From: Candidatus Cloacimonadota bacterium
Lineage (GTDB): Bacteria; Cloacimonadota; Cloacimonadia; Cloacimonadales; GCA-2742885
NCBI GenBank assembly: GCA_002742885.1
Contig: PDOO01000031.1
Span: 10,119-74,118, forward strand
Reading direction: 5' to 3'
Length of the DNA stretch: 64,000 nt
Position numbers and translations under genes: made by a program. This document shows, one piece after another, positions 39,732-49,914 of the stretch. How positions within the stretch are numbered: the stretch's first letter is position 1; each line of letters starts with the position of its first letter. The notes below the pieces were generated by a model, which had not been told where the DNA came from, did not search any database, and was given only the letters and a program-made list of their open reading frames with translations.

Positions 39732-40196
39732 TTAATAATGATAAGACTTGTTGTTTAAAATCGTAAATGCGCGGTATATTTGTTCTATTAAAATCAATCT
39801 TGCCATGCGATGCGTGAAAGTCATTTCGGAGAGTCCCGATAACAAATCGGCTTTCTTTTTTATTGTCTCGTCAATTCCGTAAACTCCGCCGATAACGATT
39901 TGAATTTTTTGATGTCTCAGAGTTTTTTCCAGAAAAGAGGCAAATTTTACGGAGTTCATTTGTTTGCCGTTTTCATCAAGTGCGATCAGAAAATTATCCG
40001 GTTTGAGTTTTTTTTCGATAAGCAGGGCTTCTTTTTTTTTGACAATTTCAATCGTATTGGATCCCGAAAGTTTGACATCGGATAAGACGGTAAAAGATAC
40101 TTTTGAAAAATTCCGTAATCTCTTCATATATTCGTTGATGCCGTCTTCGATAAATTTTTGTTTTGTTTTTCCCAAGCAGATTATCTCTATACTCAT
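39732..40196 (-). CDS. rlmH: 23S rRNA (pseudouridine1915-N3)-methyltransferase RlmH
   Basis: 154 aa SPOUT protein. ALDENGKQMNS..FA, VIGGVYG and FTHRMARLILIEQIYRA motifs. Confidence 0.85.
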   Translation of the reverse strand: MSIEIICLGKTKQKFIEDGINEYMKRLRNFSKVSFTVLSDVKLSGSNTIEIVKKKEALLIEKKLKPDNFLIALDENGKQMNSVKFASFLEKTLRHQKIQIVIGGVYGIDETIKKKADLLSGLSEMTFTHRMARLILIEQIYRAFTILNNKSYHY

Positions 40197-40221
40197 AAAA
40201 AAAGCTCGCTTTCACGAGCTT
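40193..40221 (-). terminator. hairpin + U7 between the ptb stop and the rlmH start
   Basis: On the - strand: GGAGG-AAGCTCG-TGAAAG-CGAGCTT-TTTTT-ATG. A 7-bp stem with a 6-nt loop. Its role (terminator or SD-bridging structure) is ambiguous. Confidence 0.5.
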
Positions 40222-40231
40222 CCTCCAAAAT

Positions 40232-41128
40232 TTAAGCTGATAAAATTCCCATTGCCATGGTCAGGTATTTAATTTCCGCCGTATCTGCTCTGGATGCAAT
40301 TAAAATAGGAACTTTTGCTCCCATGACGACGTGAGCAACTCGGAATTTGCAATAATAAGTCATGGTTTTTCCGAAAAGGTTTCCTGCTTCGATATTGGCA
40401 ACCACCAGAACATCGGCATCTCCGGCAACTTCCGATTTGATGCCTTTCATTTCGGCTGAGACTTTACAAATGGCGTTATCGAGAGCGAAAGGTCCGTCGA
40501 TAATACAATCTTTGATTTGACCTCTTTGGTTCATTTTTGCGATCACTGCGGCATCAACAGTTGATTGGATCTTGGGATTAACTGATTCGGAATGCGTCAA
40601 CATGGCAACCTTGGGCATTTCGCAACCGAAAGAATGAGCAACTTTTACACAGTTTTTAACAATTGACACTTTTTCTTTCAAATCCGGCAACGGGCAGAAT
40701 CCGCCGTCTCCCATTAAAACTATTCTGTCGGGAGTTTCTATGGCGAGAACATCGCTCATAATGTTTCCGGTTCGCAAGCCTTTTTCTTTATTTAAGACTG
40801 CTTTCAAGAGGGTTTCCGTATTGCATTTTCCTTTCAAAATAAGATGAGCTTTTCCTTCGTGGATCAGTTCAACCGATTTTTCTGCGGCGGCAACCAAATC
40901 GTCTCCGGTATCGTAAATTTCAAATTTTCCTTCCATTTCCGGATCAAGTTCTTTGATGTATTTTTCTATTGCAATTTTATCTCCGGTTAATACCGAGTCA
41001 GCCAAATTTTCTTTTTTTGCCATAATTGCGGCTTCCAATGCGGACGGTGTTTGAGCAGCGGCTATGGCAACTGTTTTCTTCTCTCCGGCTTTTACCGTTT
41101 CAATCAATTCTTCAAAATTTTTAATCAT
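40232..41128 (-). CDS. ptb: phosphate butyryltransferase
   Basis: 298 aa. The translation aligns by eye along its whole length with clostridial Ptb (MIK.F.E.I..VK, LKGL.NT, DGP.ALD, SRADS). Confidence 0.8.
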   Translation of the reverse strand: MIKNFEELIETVKAGEKKTVAIAAAQTPSALEAAIMAKKENLADSVLTGDKIAIEKYIKELDPEMEGKFEIYDTGDDLVAAAEKSVELIHEGKAHLILKGKCNTETLLKAVLNKEKGLRTGNIMSDVLAIETPDRIVLMGDGGFCPLPDLKEKVSIVKNCVKVAHSFGCEMPKVAMLTHSESVNPKIQSTVDAAVIAKMNQRGQIKDCIIDGPFALDNAICKVSAEMKGIKSEVAGDADVLVVANIEAGNLFGKTMTYYCKFRVAHVVMGAKVPILIASRADTAEIKYLTMAMGILSA

Positions 41129-41155
41129 TTATATCCTCCGATTATTAATCATTTT

Positions 41156-42016
41156 TTATTCTTGGGTTAAAATCCAATCAATGTCTTTTTCTCTTTCTTC
41201 GACAGTATCTTTAAAAATTTTATCTAAAGCTTCTTTTTGAATTTGTCTTACTCTTTCTCTGGATAATCCCAGTTCTTTTCCTAATTTTGCAAAATTTCTT
41301 TTTTTACCTGAATCCAGACCGAAATAGGCTTTTATAATGTATGATTCTCGCTCTGAAAGTCTGCTTATGGAATCATTTATTTTGTTGCTTAATTTTTCTC
41401 TGTAATAAAGAGTTTTAGGATCGAATTTTTCTCCTGATGAAATAAAATCTCCGATGCTTGCGTCTTGGTTATTTGATCCCGAAGAAACAACGTCGAGAGA
41501 AAGTGTATTTATCTTATCTGCCAGTACTTTGTGAACTGCTTCCGTCGGGACGTTCAATTCGGCTGCAATTTCCTCAGGTTCCGGATAATATCCTTTGTTG
41601 CCGAATATTTGTTCGGAAGTATAGCGAACCCGGTTTTTCAGTGAATATTTCGCAGACGGATAATTTATGGTGTTTGATTTTTCCGACAGGGCGCTGGTTA
41701 TTTTTTGTTTTATCCACCAGACGGCATAAGATATAAGTTTTATGTCTTTTGTATAATCAAACATGCCGATGGCTTTTATCAGTCCCATATTTCCTTCGCT
41801 TATTAATTCGGACAAGCTCAAACCTCTGTTTTGATACCTGGAAGCTACCCGAACAACGAATTTAAGGTTTGATTTAACTAATAAATCAATTGCGTCTTGA
41901 TCTCCGTTCTGAGCCAATTTTGCATATTTTTGCTCTTCTTCGCGCGACAAAGCGGGGATTTTTGATATTTCGTTCAAATATTGTTGAAGAGCTTTATCGT
42001 TAAAAATATTTTCCAT
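41156..42016 (-). CDS. RNA polymerase sigma-70 family factor, RpoD/SigA-like compact form
   Basis: 286 aa. Region 2 (NLKFVVRVASRYQNRGLSLSELISEGNMGLIKAIGMFDY, YAVWWIKQ) and region 4 (LGLSRERVRQIQKEAL). The size and the lack of region 1.1 resemble the primary sigma of FCB-group bacteria. Confidence 0.7.
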   Translation of the reverse strand: MENIFNDKALQQYLNEISKIPALSREEEQKYAKLAQNGDQDAIDLLVKSNLKFVVRVASRYQNRGLSLSELISEGNMGLIKAIGMFDYTKDIKLISYAVWWIKQKITSALSEKSNTINYPSAKYSLKNRVRYTSEQIFGNKGYYPEPEEIAAELNVPTEAVHKVLADKINTLSLDVVSSGSNNQDASIGDFISSGEKFDPKTLYYREKLSNKINDSISRLSERESYIIKAYFGLDSGKKRNFAKLGKELGLSRERVRQIQKEALDKIFKDTVEEREKDIDWILTQE

Positions 42017-42069
42017 TTATCAGCCTTATTGTAAATTTATGCAAATATTTAACTGCCTGACATTTCTTC

Positions 42070-42369
42070 TTATATATGGAATTCGGAAAAATGGTCGTCT
42101 ATAAAGTCAAGTAATTCGTCGTTTGACATTTTTAAACGTCTTGCCAGAGCGAAAGCAAGCTTAACGCCCGACAAATTTAACCCGAGTTCCTGAGTCAGAG
42201 TTATAATTATCTGAAGTCGAATAATATCTCGGTCGTGGAAAATTCTGTTTCCTTTTTCATCTCTGTGAGGCTTAAACAAACTTCTTCTTTCGTACATTCT
42301 TATTGTTTGATCATGAATGCCGAGTTTTTTGGCGACTTCTCCTATTCTGTAAAATTTCGTATCAGACAT
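42070..42369 (-). CDS. MerR-family transcriptional regulator (HspR-like)
   Basis: 99 aa. N-terminal HTH YRIGEVAKKLGIHDQTIRMYERRSL. Confidence 0.7.
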   Translation of the reverse strand: MSDTKFYRIGEVAKKLGIHDQTIRMYERRSLFKPHRDEKGNRIFHDRDIIRLQIIITLTQELGLNLSGVKLAFALARRLKMSNDELLDFIDDHFSEFHI

Positions 42370-42386
42370 ATTTCTCTTTTCCCCGG

Positions 42387-43544
42387 CTACAGCGGAAGAA
42401 CTTCCCTGGGATTTATTGCTTTTCCTTTTAATCGGTATTCAAAATGAACGTGGGGAGCAGAGGCATTTCCCGTTTTTCCTATCGTTGCTATCGGTTGTCC
42501 CTTTTCAGTCATGTCTCCGAGTCTTACCAGATTAGACTCGTTGTGAGCGTAAACTGTCATTACGTAATTATCATGTTCTAAAACAATTACATTTCCGTAT
42601 CCGCGTTGTTTCCCGGCAAAAACGACTTTTCCCGGAAGAACGGCTTTTATCGGCTCGCCCATTTCCGCTCCTATGTCTATACCTTTGTGTTGACGATTAT
42701 TCCGAAGTCCGAATTCAGACAATATTTTTCCTTTTACAGGAAGACAAAGATCAGATTTTGAATAAGGATTTTTAATATCGGAAGATTTTATTTTTTTCTT
42801 TTTATTTGATGATTTTTTATTTGTGCCGGAAGATTTTGCAGGAGAAGATGCAATTTTAGCTCCCGGGGTCAAATTTAATTTTTGTCCTGCCTTCAGGCTG
42901 TTATTTTTTAAATTATTAAGAGATTTTAATTCGGCAATTTTCATCCCGTACATTTCGGCGATTGCATATAAGGTTTCGCCTTTTTTAACTGTATGGGTTT
43001 TCCCTTTTTTATTTTTTGTAACTTTTTTATGAGTAACGGTTTTGGGCGGTTTATCAGATGAAACTTTTTTATTTTCGGAAGTAAGGAGTATTTTTTGTCC
43101 TTCTTTTATGTTAAAAGTTTCAAGATTGTTATATTCCATCAAGTCTATAATTTCCAAATCATACATTTTGGATATTCTGTACATTGTTTCGCCTTTTTTG
43201 ACTGTATGATATTTTTCCAAGGGAATTTTTCGCTTTGTAACAAACTCTCTTTTGGGCGGAATTCGGGGCGTGAAATAAATTTTTTGACCTGCAAAAATCT
43301 TGTCGTTTTGTAAATTATTGTATGATTTTATCTTTTTTAGCGGAATATTATATTTTTTGCTTATTGTGTAAAGAGTTTCGTCTCTTTTAACTATATGATA
43401 TTTTTTAGAAGGTGTTATGTAAGACGGATTACTTTGTAAAGTATAAAAATTACCGTAAATAAGAACAAAAAAAATAAAGGTTATAAACTTTGTTTTAACG
43501 GAGAATACGGAACTCATTAAAACTTTCTTTGCTTTTAATTTCAT
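42387..43544 (-). CDS. LysM-repeat peptidase M23 (murein endopeptidase)
   Basis: Three LysM repeats (HIVKRDETLYTISKKY..., HTVKKGETMYRISKMY..., HTVKKGETLYAIAEMY...). The C-terminal M23 domain shows HKGIDI and HVHFEY. The start is ambiguous (43544 or 43517) and the ORF overlaps the acyP 3' end. Confidence 0.85.
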   Translation of the reverse strand: MKLKAKKVLMSSVFSVKTKFITFIFFVLIYGNFYTLQSNPSYITPSKKYHIVKRDETLYTISKKYNIPLKKIKSYNNLQNDKIFAGQKIYFTPRIPPKREFVTKRKIPLEKYHTVKKGETMYRISKMYDLEIIDLMEYNNLETFNIKEGQKILLTSENKKVSSDKPPKTVTHKKVTKNKKGKTHTVKKGETLYAIAEMYGMKIAELKSLNNLKNNSLKAGQKLNLTPGAKIASSPAKSSGTNKKSSNKKKKIKSSDIKNPYSKSDLCLPVKGKILSEFGLRNNRQHKGIDIGAEMGEPIKAVLPGKVVFAGKQRGYGNVIVLEHDNYVMTVYAHNESNLVRLGDMTEKGQPIATIGKTGNASAPHVHFEYRLKGKAINPREVLPL

Positions 43545-43773
43545 AACTGTCCATTTTCTGAATGCGGGAAAATCCGTTTCCCTTTTTTATTTTATTTTTG
43601 AAATAAATAAGTTCGGAATAGTTGCCTTGCATGATTATCTTAACATCTCCGTTTGAAAGATTTTTAACATATCCTTTTATATCGTACAATTGAGCCGTTT
43701 CTTTGACAAAACGCCGAAATCCTATGCCCTGCACATAACCTTTTACCTGACATTCTTCCGTCTTTTTATTCAT
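43495..43773 (-). CDS. acyP: acylphosphatase
   Basis: 92 aa. VKGYVQGIGFRRFV motif. Confidence 0.8.
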   Translation of the reverse strand: MNKKTEECQVKGYVQGIGFRRFVKETAQLYDIKGYVKNLSNGDVKIIMQGNYSELIYFKNKIKKGNGFSRIQKMDSYEIKSKESFNEFRILR

Positions 43774-43827
43774 CTTAAATCTCCCGACATATCAATTTTT
43801 CAATTTAACTCGCTTGTCAAATATAAT

Positions 43828-44301
43828 TTATTTTTTTTTGCCTTTAGCCGGCAACATATCTCTCATATTTTTTCGACAACATTCGCCGTGTCCGTATTTC
43901 TCCAAATAGTCGGTTAAATCTTCGGAGCCGCATTCTGCGCATTTAATATTCTCTTCTTCCAAGGAAAATCTGATTATGCTTTGACATCGGTTGCAACGGT
44001 AAAGTCTGTTCTTGAAATGAATCTTTCCTCCTTCAATTTCCAGTAAGACTCCCTGCGTGAGCATTTTGGCTATTTTGAATCTGGCGCTGTCCAAAACTCG
44101 AGAAAAAGTCGGTCTTGATACTCCCATGTATTTGGCGCTTTCCAGATGTTCCAATTGTTCAAAATCCGCTAATCTTATCGCTTCGTATTCATCAATTGTC
44201 ATTATTTCTTTTTTTAACATGTTTGCCGGGATTCCTGTCGGTTTAAAGGCAACGTGTTTCGGGGGTAAATTTACCAGACGACATCTCTTTGGTCTTGCCA
44301 T
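43828..44301 (-). CDS. DUF134 (UPF0251) family protein with C-terminal zinc-ribbon extension
   Basis: N-terminus MARPKRCRLV...FKP.GIP and an HTH-like MGVSRPTFSRVL. C-terminal CNRC...CAEC pair. Confidence 0.7.
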   Translation of the reverse strand: MARPKRCRLVNLPPKHVAFKPTGIPANMLKKEIMTIDEYEAIRLADFEQLEHLESAKYMGVSRPTFSRVLDSARFKIAKMLTQGVLLEIEGGKIHFKNRLYRCNRCQSIIRFSLEEENIKCAECGSEDLTDYLEKYGHGECCRKNMRDMLPAKGKKK

Positions 44302-44403
44302 AACTTCCTCTTTTTCAGTTATTTATTATGTCCGATTTTTTATTTAAAATGAAAATTATACGTCAACAGAAAAATAACTCAAGATAAAATATTTTAATCA
44401 TTT

Positions 44404-45135
44404 TTATTGAAGGGAATCAAAAAGTCGGGAAACCGTCTTGCTGCTCTTGATGCATGCTTCGGGAAATGATTTTCCCGAGGCGAGAAAACAGGCGGCGGCA
44501 GTCGAAAAAGCGCATCCGGTACCGTGGGAATAACGCCAATTTTTCTTTTTGAATCGCAATTTTATGATTTTATTGTTAAATACCGAATATTCGACAATAT
44601 ATTTTTCGTTGTCCGAATGACCGCCGGTCAAGTACAAATTAAGATCAAACTTTCTCGCAACATTTATAATTTTTTCTTCGTTAAAATATTCTATGCCGAA
44701 AAATTGTTTCAGCTCAGGTATATTCGGAGTCAGGAGACTGGTATGCGGAAAAATTTCTGATTTGTAGATTTCCGATGAATCCTCGCTCAGAAAAGATTTA
44801 CCTTGCGTGGGAGCGATTACAGGATCGACGACAACGATTTTCGGCTTAAATTCAGCCAAAACTTTACCGATGATTTTAAGTTGATTGTCAGAACAAACAG
44901 CTCCTGTTTTGACTGCCGAAATATCAAAATTATCAAACATAATCCTCAGTTGCTTTTCAAAAAAATCATCGGGAGCAGGTAAAATATCGCATAATCCGTT
45001 AAAAGTTTGAACGGTAATTCCCGTACAGGCGTTTAAACACCAAAATCCGAGTCTTTCCGCTGTTCTTTGATCCTGGTGAATGCCTGCTCCGCCCGAAGAA
45101 TCGCTTGCCGCAATGCTGAGAATCATTTTTTTCAT
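44404..45135 (-). CDS. thiD: hydroxymethylpyrimidine/phosphomethylpyrimidine kinase
   Basis: 243 aa. SIAASDSSGGAGIHQD, DPVIA and the C-terminal GTGCAFS motif. Confidence 0.75.
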   Translation of the reverse strand: MKKMILSIAASDSSGGAGIHQDQRTAERLGFWCLNACTGITVQTFNGLCDILPAPDDFFEKQLRIMFDNFDISAVKTGAVCSDNQLKIIGKVLAEFKPKIVVVDPVIAPTQGKSFLSEDSSEIYKSEIFPHTSLLTPNIPELKQFFGIEYFNEEKIINVARKFDLNLYLTGGHSDNEKYIVEYSVFNNKIIKLRFKKKNWRYSHGTGCAFSTAAACFLASGKSFPEACIKSSKTVSRLFDSLQ

Positions 45136-46133
45136 AAGACAATCAGTTTAGATATTTCGTGTTCTTCCGGCAATAAATATTCAAAATTGACATCAAGTTC
45201 CGCCAACATTATGCGCAGAACTTGCAAAACAGGATTTTCCGTATAAAAATGCCCGGCATCAATTAAGGGCATTCGACAGTCCAGAATTGTATGATAAGTA
45301 AAATCTCCCGAAACGAAAACATCGGCATTTCCCATAGCATTTTTCAAAACGGAAGTTCCGCTTCCTCCGCAAAGAGCAACTGTTTTTATTTGTTTGTCTA
45401 AATCATATTTACCGGGCCAGCATCTTAACCCGGGAACTCTTAAAACTTTTTTTATTCGACGGGCAAAATCAAGTAAAGACAACGGTTTTTCCAAATCTCC
45501 GATAACGCCTAATCCGTACCCGGGATTTTCTCTTTCCGAATTCAAAACAACAAAGCGCGGATTTTCGATATTTTTATAAATTATCCTGTTTAATTGGGGA
45601 AGCGAAAACGAGTCTGCCGCAATTTCCATCTCTACGTTCCCCGACAATAATTTGTTTATGTTGATTATTTCGGCTTTTGTCCGGAGAATTTTATCTTTTA
45701 CGTCCGCAAAATTGTCATCCGGCATGAAAATCTTGATATATTTGTGTTCTGAACCGGTTTCATTTGTCAAAAATCTGAGGTTTTTTAATCCGATAACTTC
45801 AGCCAATCTTGTGTTTACGCCTCCGGGAATCGTATCCAGGTTTGTGTGAGCGCAATAAACGGCAATTTTATTTTCTATCAGTTTCAGATACATGGGATCC
45901 GTAACTTTTTTTATTGCTTTAAAAATCATGGGATGATGAGAAATTATCATTGAACAATTTGTTTTAATTGCTTTCTCTACCGCATTCGGCGTAACGTCAA
46001 GAGAAAGAAGAATACTGTTTATTTCCCATTCGGGAGAACCGAGTTGAAGTCCGACATTATCCCATTTCATTGCCAAACTTTTGGGGGCGAAATCATCTAA
46101 AATTTTTACTGCGTCTTTTACAAAATAAGCCAT
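45132..46133 (-). CDS. Nif3-like dinuclear metal centre protein
   Basis: DNVGLQLG, ISHHPMIF and HTNLD motifs. I prefer the ATG at 46133 (GAGGA 8 nt upstream) over the track's TTG at 46151. Confidence 0.8.
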   Translation of the reverse strand: MAYFVKDAVKILDDFAPKSLAMKWDNVGLQLGSPEWEINSILLSLDVTPNAVEKAIKTNCSMIISHHPMIFKAIKKVTDPMYLKLIENKIAVYCAHTNLDTIPGGVNTRLAEVIGLKNLRFLTNETGSEHKYIKIFMPDDNFADVKDKILRTKAEIININKLLSGNVEMEIAADSFSLPQLNRIIYKNIENPRFVVLNSERENPGYGLGVIGDLEKPLSLLDFARRIKKVLRVPGLRCWPGKYDLDKQIKTVALCGGSGTSVLKNAMGNADVFVSGDFTYHTILDCRMPLIDAGHFYTENPVLQVLRIMLAELDVNFEYLLPEEHEISKLIVL

Positions 46134-46137
46134 AATT

Positions 46138-48789
46138 TTAATCCTCTTCAATTTTTTGTTGCAGTTCTATCAAAAACCGCATAGCGTCTTTCGGAGTCAT
46201 GTTATCGAGATCGGCATTTTTGATTTCTTCTATTATCTCATTTTTTTCTTCGGATTTTTCTATCATGACTTCAAAAATATCCATTTGCGGACTTAATTGA
46301 GATAATTGTTTTTTTATTTTTTTGGTCAGTCCTTGAGGACTTAATTCATGTTGTTCGAGATTTGCCAAGATTTGTTTTGCTCTTTTGACTACTTTATCCG
46401 GAACGCCTGCCAGTCTTGCTACCTGAATACCGTAACTTTGGTCGGCATCGCCTCTTTCTATTTTTCTCAAAAAAATCATTTCGTCATTCCATTCTCTCAC
46501 TGCAATATTAAAATTTTTAACGCCGGACAGAACGTATTCCAATTCCGTTAATTCGTGATAATGGGTTGCAAATAAAGTTTTGGATCGGAGACGTTTTTGG
46601 TTATGGATATATTCCACGATTGACCAGGCAAGACTGAGACCGTCAAAAGTGCTGGTGCCTCTTCCTATTTCATCCAATAAAATAAGTGAATTTTTGGTTG
46701 CCGAATTTAAAATATTTGCTGTTTCGATCATTTCAACCAGAAAAGTTGATTGTCCCTGAGCTAAATTGTCGGAGGCTCCTACTCTGGTAAATACTTTATC
46801 GAAAATCGGCATTGATGCTGATTTTGCCGGAACGAAAGATCCGAGTTGCGCCATAATTGCCAATAACCCCGTTTGGCGGAGGTAAGTTGATTTACCTGCC
46901 ATGTTAGGTCCGGTAATCAGAGCAATGAGGCAATCCGTGCCGTTAAGAGAAACGTCATTGGGTATAAATTCTCCGCTTTTGAGCATTGTTTCTATGACCG
47001 GATGTCTTCCGTCGATAATTTCCAGTGTATCTTTGTCGTTGAAAACAGGACGGCAATAATTTCTGTTGTAAGCGATATGAGCCAAATTCGACAAAACATC
47101 TATTTCCGCCACAATAGAGACATATTGTTGCATAATTTCTATATTTTCATACAATTGTTCTCTGATAAGCGTAAAAATTTCATGTTCCAGATTTTTAATT
47201 CTTTCTTCCGCTCCCAAAACTTTATTTTCGTATTCTTTCAGTTGAGGTGAGATGTAGCGTTCGCTGTTTACCAGGGTTTGTTTTCGTATATAATGTTCGG
47301 GTATTTTATCTTTATGTGTTTTCGTTACTTCGAGATAATAACCGAAAACTTTATTATAACCTATTTTTAAAGACGGGATTCCGGTTTGTTTTTTTTCTTC
47401 CGTCTCCAAACGCGCTATCCATGATTTTCCGTCTCTGCTGACAGAACGAAGGTCATCCAATTCATTGTTAAATCCGTCTCTGATAATATTTCCGTCGGTA
47501 ATAGTTGCAGAGGGATTGTCGATGACAGAATTTTTTATGAGAGAACAAATATCGTTGTAGTCGAAAATATTGTCGTAAAGAGTTTTGAGTTTTTTTGATT
47601 TAAAATTATTCATGACGGCAATGATTCGGGGAGCCGCCGAAAGATAATTTCCCAAAGCGATAACTTCTCTGGGATTTATTCTTTTGGTGCCGACTTTACT
47701 GATAATTCTGCTTAAATCGCCTATTTCTTTGAGAATTTCCCGTAAATCCTCGTTCAGGATTATTTGATTTTTCAGTTCTTCCACTGCATCCAGACGATCT
47801 TCTATTTTTCTTTGGTTCAGCAAAGGACTTATCAGATTTGAAGACAGAAGTCTCGAACCCATGGGAGTTTGAGTTTTGTCTATAACAGAAAGCAAGCTTC
47901 CCTGTTTGCTGTTGTAACGCATTGATTTTGTCAGTTCCAGATTTCTTCTGGATACTTCATCGAGCATCATATAATCGCCGCGATGATAAAATCTGAGGTT
48001 TGAGATGTGTTTTAATTCTTCTTTTTTTAGACTTTTTACGTAAGACAAAGCCAAGGCAGCCGCAGTTGCTCCGCAGGGTTTATTTTTGGCTCCGAGACTT
48101 TCAAGAGAGTTTATTTTGAAATGATTAAGCAAAACGGATGAGGTTTCTTTTACGTCAAAATTCCAATGATCAAACATTGAAATCACCGGTTCCGGGTTTA
48201 ACCGGGCATTTTTTATTCTTTCTTCATCTTCTTTTGAGCAGACAACTATTTCTGCCGGATTGATTCTTTGTATTTCATCGATTGCCAATTCGGAAAAAAC
48301 TTCTGTAAAAATAAATTCTCCGGTTGAAATATCAATGCCGGCTATACCTGTTTTATCCTTTTTGGGGGATTTATAAACGGCTGCCAGATAATTAAATTCG
48401 TTTTTTTCTATGTATTGCGTATCGAGAATTGCTCCCGGAGTTATGATTTCGGTAATATCTCTTTTGACTATTCCTTTGGCAAGTTTAGGGTCTTCAATTT
48501 GCTCGCAAATGACAACTTTCATGTTATTTTGAACAAGTTTATCCATGTAATTTTTCAGAGCATGATAAGGAAATCCGGCAAGAGGAATGGGATTTTCATC
48601 GTTTTTGTTTCTTGCTGTCAGGGTTATTCCCAGAATTCTTGAGGCAGTTTTTGCATCTTCAAAAAAAGTTTCGTAAAAATCTCCCATCCTGAATAAAACC
48701 AATTTATCGGGGTGGGCTTCTTTTACTTCCAGAAATTGGCGTAACATGGGAGTAATCTTAACTCCCGGGTATATTATCGGTTTAGACAT
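46138..48789 (-). CDS. mutS: DNA mismatch repair protein MutS
   Basis: 883 aa. TPMLRQF...GDFYE, Walker A GPNMAGKST, and STFLVEM...DEIGRGTST. Confidence 0.95.
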   Translation of the reverse strand: MSKPIIYPGVKITPMLRQFLEVKEAHPDKLVLFRMGDFYETFFEDAKTASRILGITLTARNKNDENPIPLAGFPYHALKNYMDKLVQNNMKVVICEQIEDPKLAKGIVKRDITEIITPGAILDTQYIEKNEFNYLAAVYKSPKKDKTGIAGIDISTGEFIFTEVFSELAIDEIQRINPAEIVVCSKEDEERIKNARLNPEPVISMFDHWNFDVKETSSVLLNHFKINSLESLGAKNKPCGATAAALALSYVKSLKKEELKHISNLRFYHRGDYMMLDEVSRRNLELTKSMRYNSKQGSLLSVIDKTQTPMGSRLLSSNLISPLLNQRKIEDRLDAVEELKNQIILNEDLREILKEIGDLSRIISKVGTKRINPREVIALGNYLSAAPRIIAVMNNFKSKKLKTLYDNIFDYNDICSLIKNSVIDNPSATITDGNIIRDGFNNELDDLRSVSRDGKSWIARLETEEKKQTGIPSLKIGYNKVFGYYLEVTKTHKDKIPEHYIRKQTLVNSERYISPQLKEYENKVLGAEERIKNLEHEIFTLIREQLYENIEIMQQYVSIVAEIDVLSNLAHIAYNRNYCRPVFNDKDTLEIIDGRHPVIETMLKSGEFIPNDVSLNGTDCLIALITGPNMAGKSTYLRQTGLLAIMAQLGSFVPAKSASMPIFDKVFTRVGASDNLAQGQSTFLVEMIETANILNSATKNSLILLDEIGRGTSTFDGLSLAWSIVEYIHNQKRLRSKTLFATHYHELTELEYVLSGVKNFNIAVREWNDEMIFLRKIERGDADQSYGIQVARLAGVPDKVVKRAKQILANLEQHELSPQGLTKKIKKQLSQLSPQMDIFEVMIEKSEEKNEIIEEIKNADLDNMTPKDAMRFLIELQQKIEED

Positions 48790-48797
48790 TTTTTACC

Positions 48798-49862
48798 TTA
48801 ATATCGTTTTATGATAAATGATCTTATATCTTCTTTAAGTAATTTTTCTTTTGCCGTTTTTGCCTGTTGTTTTTTTTCAAACGGACCTGCTGCCACGACT
48901 TGCAGTTCTTTTCCTTTTAATATTTTAGGGAAAACCGCAGCCGGGTAACCTTTGCCCATTATTTTTTTTGCAAGTTTATCGGCATTTCTTTTTGATCCGA
49001 AAGCGCCTGCCTGCAAATAAAATTTAAGAACTTTCGGAGAGTCTTTCTTAGCATTTGAAACAGTTTTTTCATTCTTTGTTTCAGAGGTTTCAGGTTCTTC
49101 GGTTTCGGCTGCTTTACCGGTATTTGCCGCATTGTCTTTTTTCATGTTTCTGATTCTTTCTTCCGCTTCAAAACTGTATTTTGTGTAAGAAAAATCGGAA
49201 ATTACTTTTTTATATTCTGTTGCAGCCTGTTTGTAATTTCCTGACATCTCGTAAGCAAAACCTATTTTAAACTGACATAACGGAGCGCAATTTTTCAGCA
49301 GTTCTGATTTTTTTAAATATTGAAGAGTGTTTAAGGCTCTGGTAAACTTTTTTAATTTAATATAAGATTCGGCAATAAAAATATAAGCCTGTTCCTTTTT
49401 TGTTGCATCGTCGGAGGATTTTATAAAGTTCTGAGCTGTAATTACAGATTCTTCATATTTTTTTCTTTTTAACCGGATATGGGAAAGATAAAAATTTTTC
49501 TCGGAAAGATCAGGATTATTGATTGAATTAAGCAAAGCCGAAGCTTTTTCGTAATCTCTTTTTAAAATATAATAACGGGATAATTCAAGCATAGCTTTTT
49601 GACCGTATTTTGTTTCGGAAAAGAGATTTTTCATTGTTTCAAGCAAGAATACGGTTTGTTCGGAATTGTCGCTCATTATTGCCTCATAATAAGAGCGACA
49701 GGCAATTGCTTCGTCAGAATTTACGTTTACCGTATCCAAATAAGCTTCAAATTCCGATTTTTTCATGCTGTTGTAAGCCTTTTCCAAATCGGATGGTTCC
49801 TGAGAAAAAGCGGAAAAAATCCATGTTGCGGCAATAATAAAGAAAACCGGTTTCAGCTTCAT
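48798..49862 (-). CDS. TPR-repeat protein with C-terminal SPOR domain
   Basis: 354 aa with a signal peptide and TPR-like repeats. The C-terminus FYLQAGAFGSKRNADKLAKKI...AAGPFEKKQQAKTAKEKL is SPOR-like. Confidence 0.6.
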   Translation of the reverse strand: MKLKPVFFIIAATWIFSAFSQEPSDLEKAYNSMKKSEFEAYLDTVNVNSDEAIACRSYYEAIMSDNSEQTVFLLETMKNLFSETKYGQKAMLELSRYYILKRDYEKASALLNSINNPDLSEKNFYLSHIRLKRKKYEESVITAQNFIKSSDDATKKEQAYIFIAESYIKLKKFTRALNTLQYLKKSELLKNCAPLCQFKIGFAYEMSGNYKQAATEYKKVISDFSYTKYSFEAEERIRNMKKDNAANTGKAAETEEPETSETKNEKTVSNAKKDSPKVLKFYLQAGAFGSKRNADKLAKKIMGKGYPAAVFPKILKGKELQVVAAGPFEKKQQAKTAKEKLLKEDIRSFIIKRY

Positions 49863-49914
49863 TTAATAACCTTTTGATTCCTGATAAAGACGGTTAATCA
49901 TTCCGGGAATCCTC

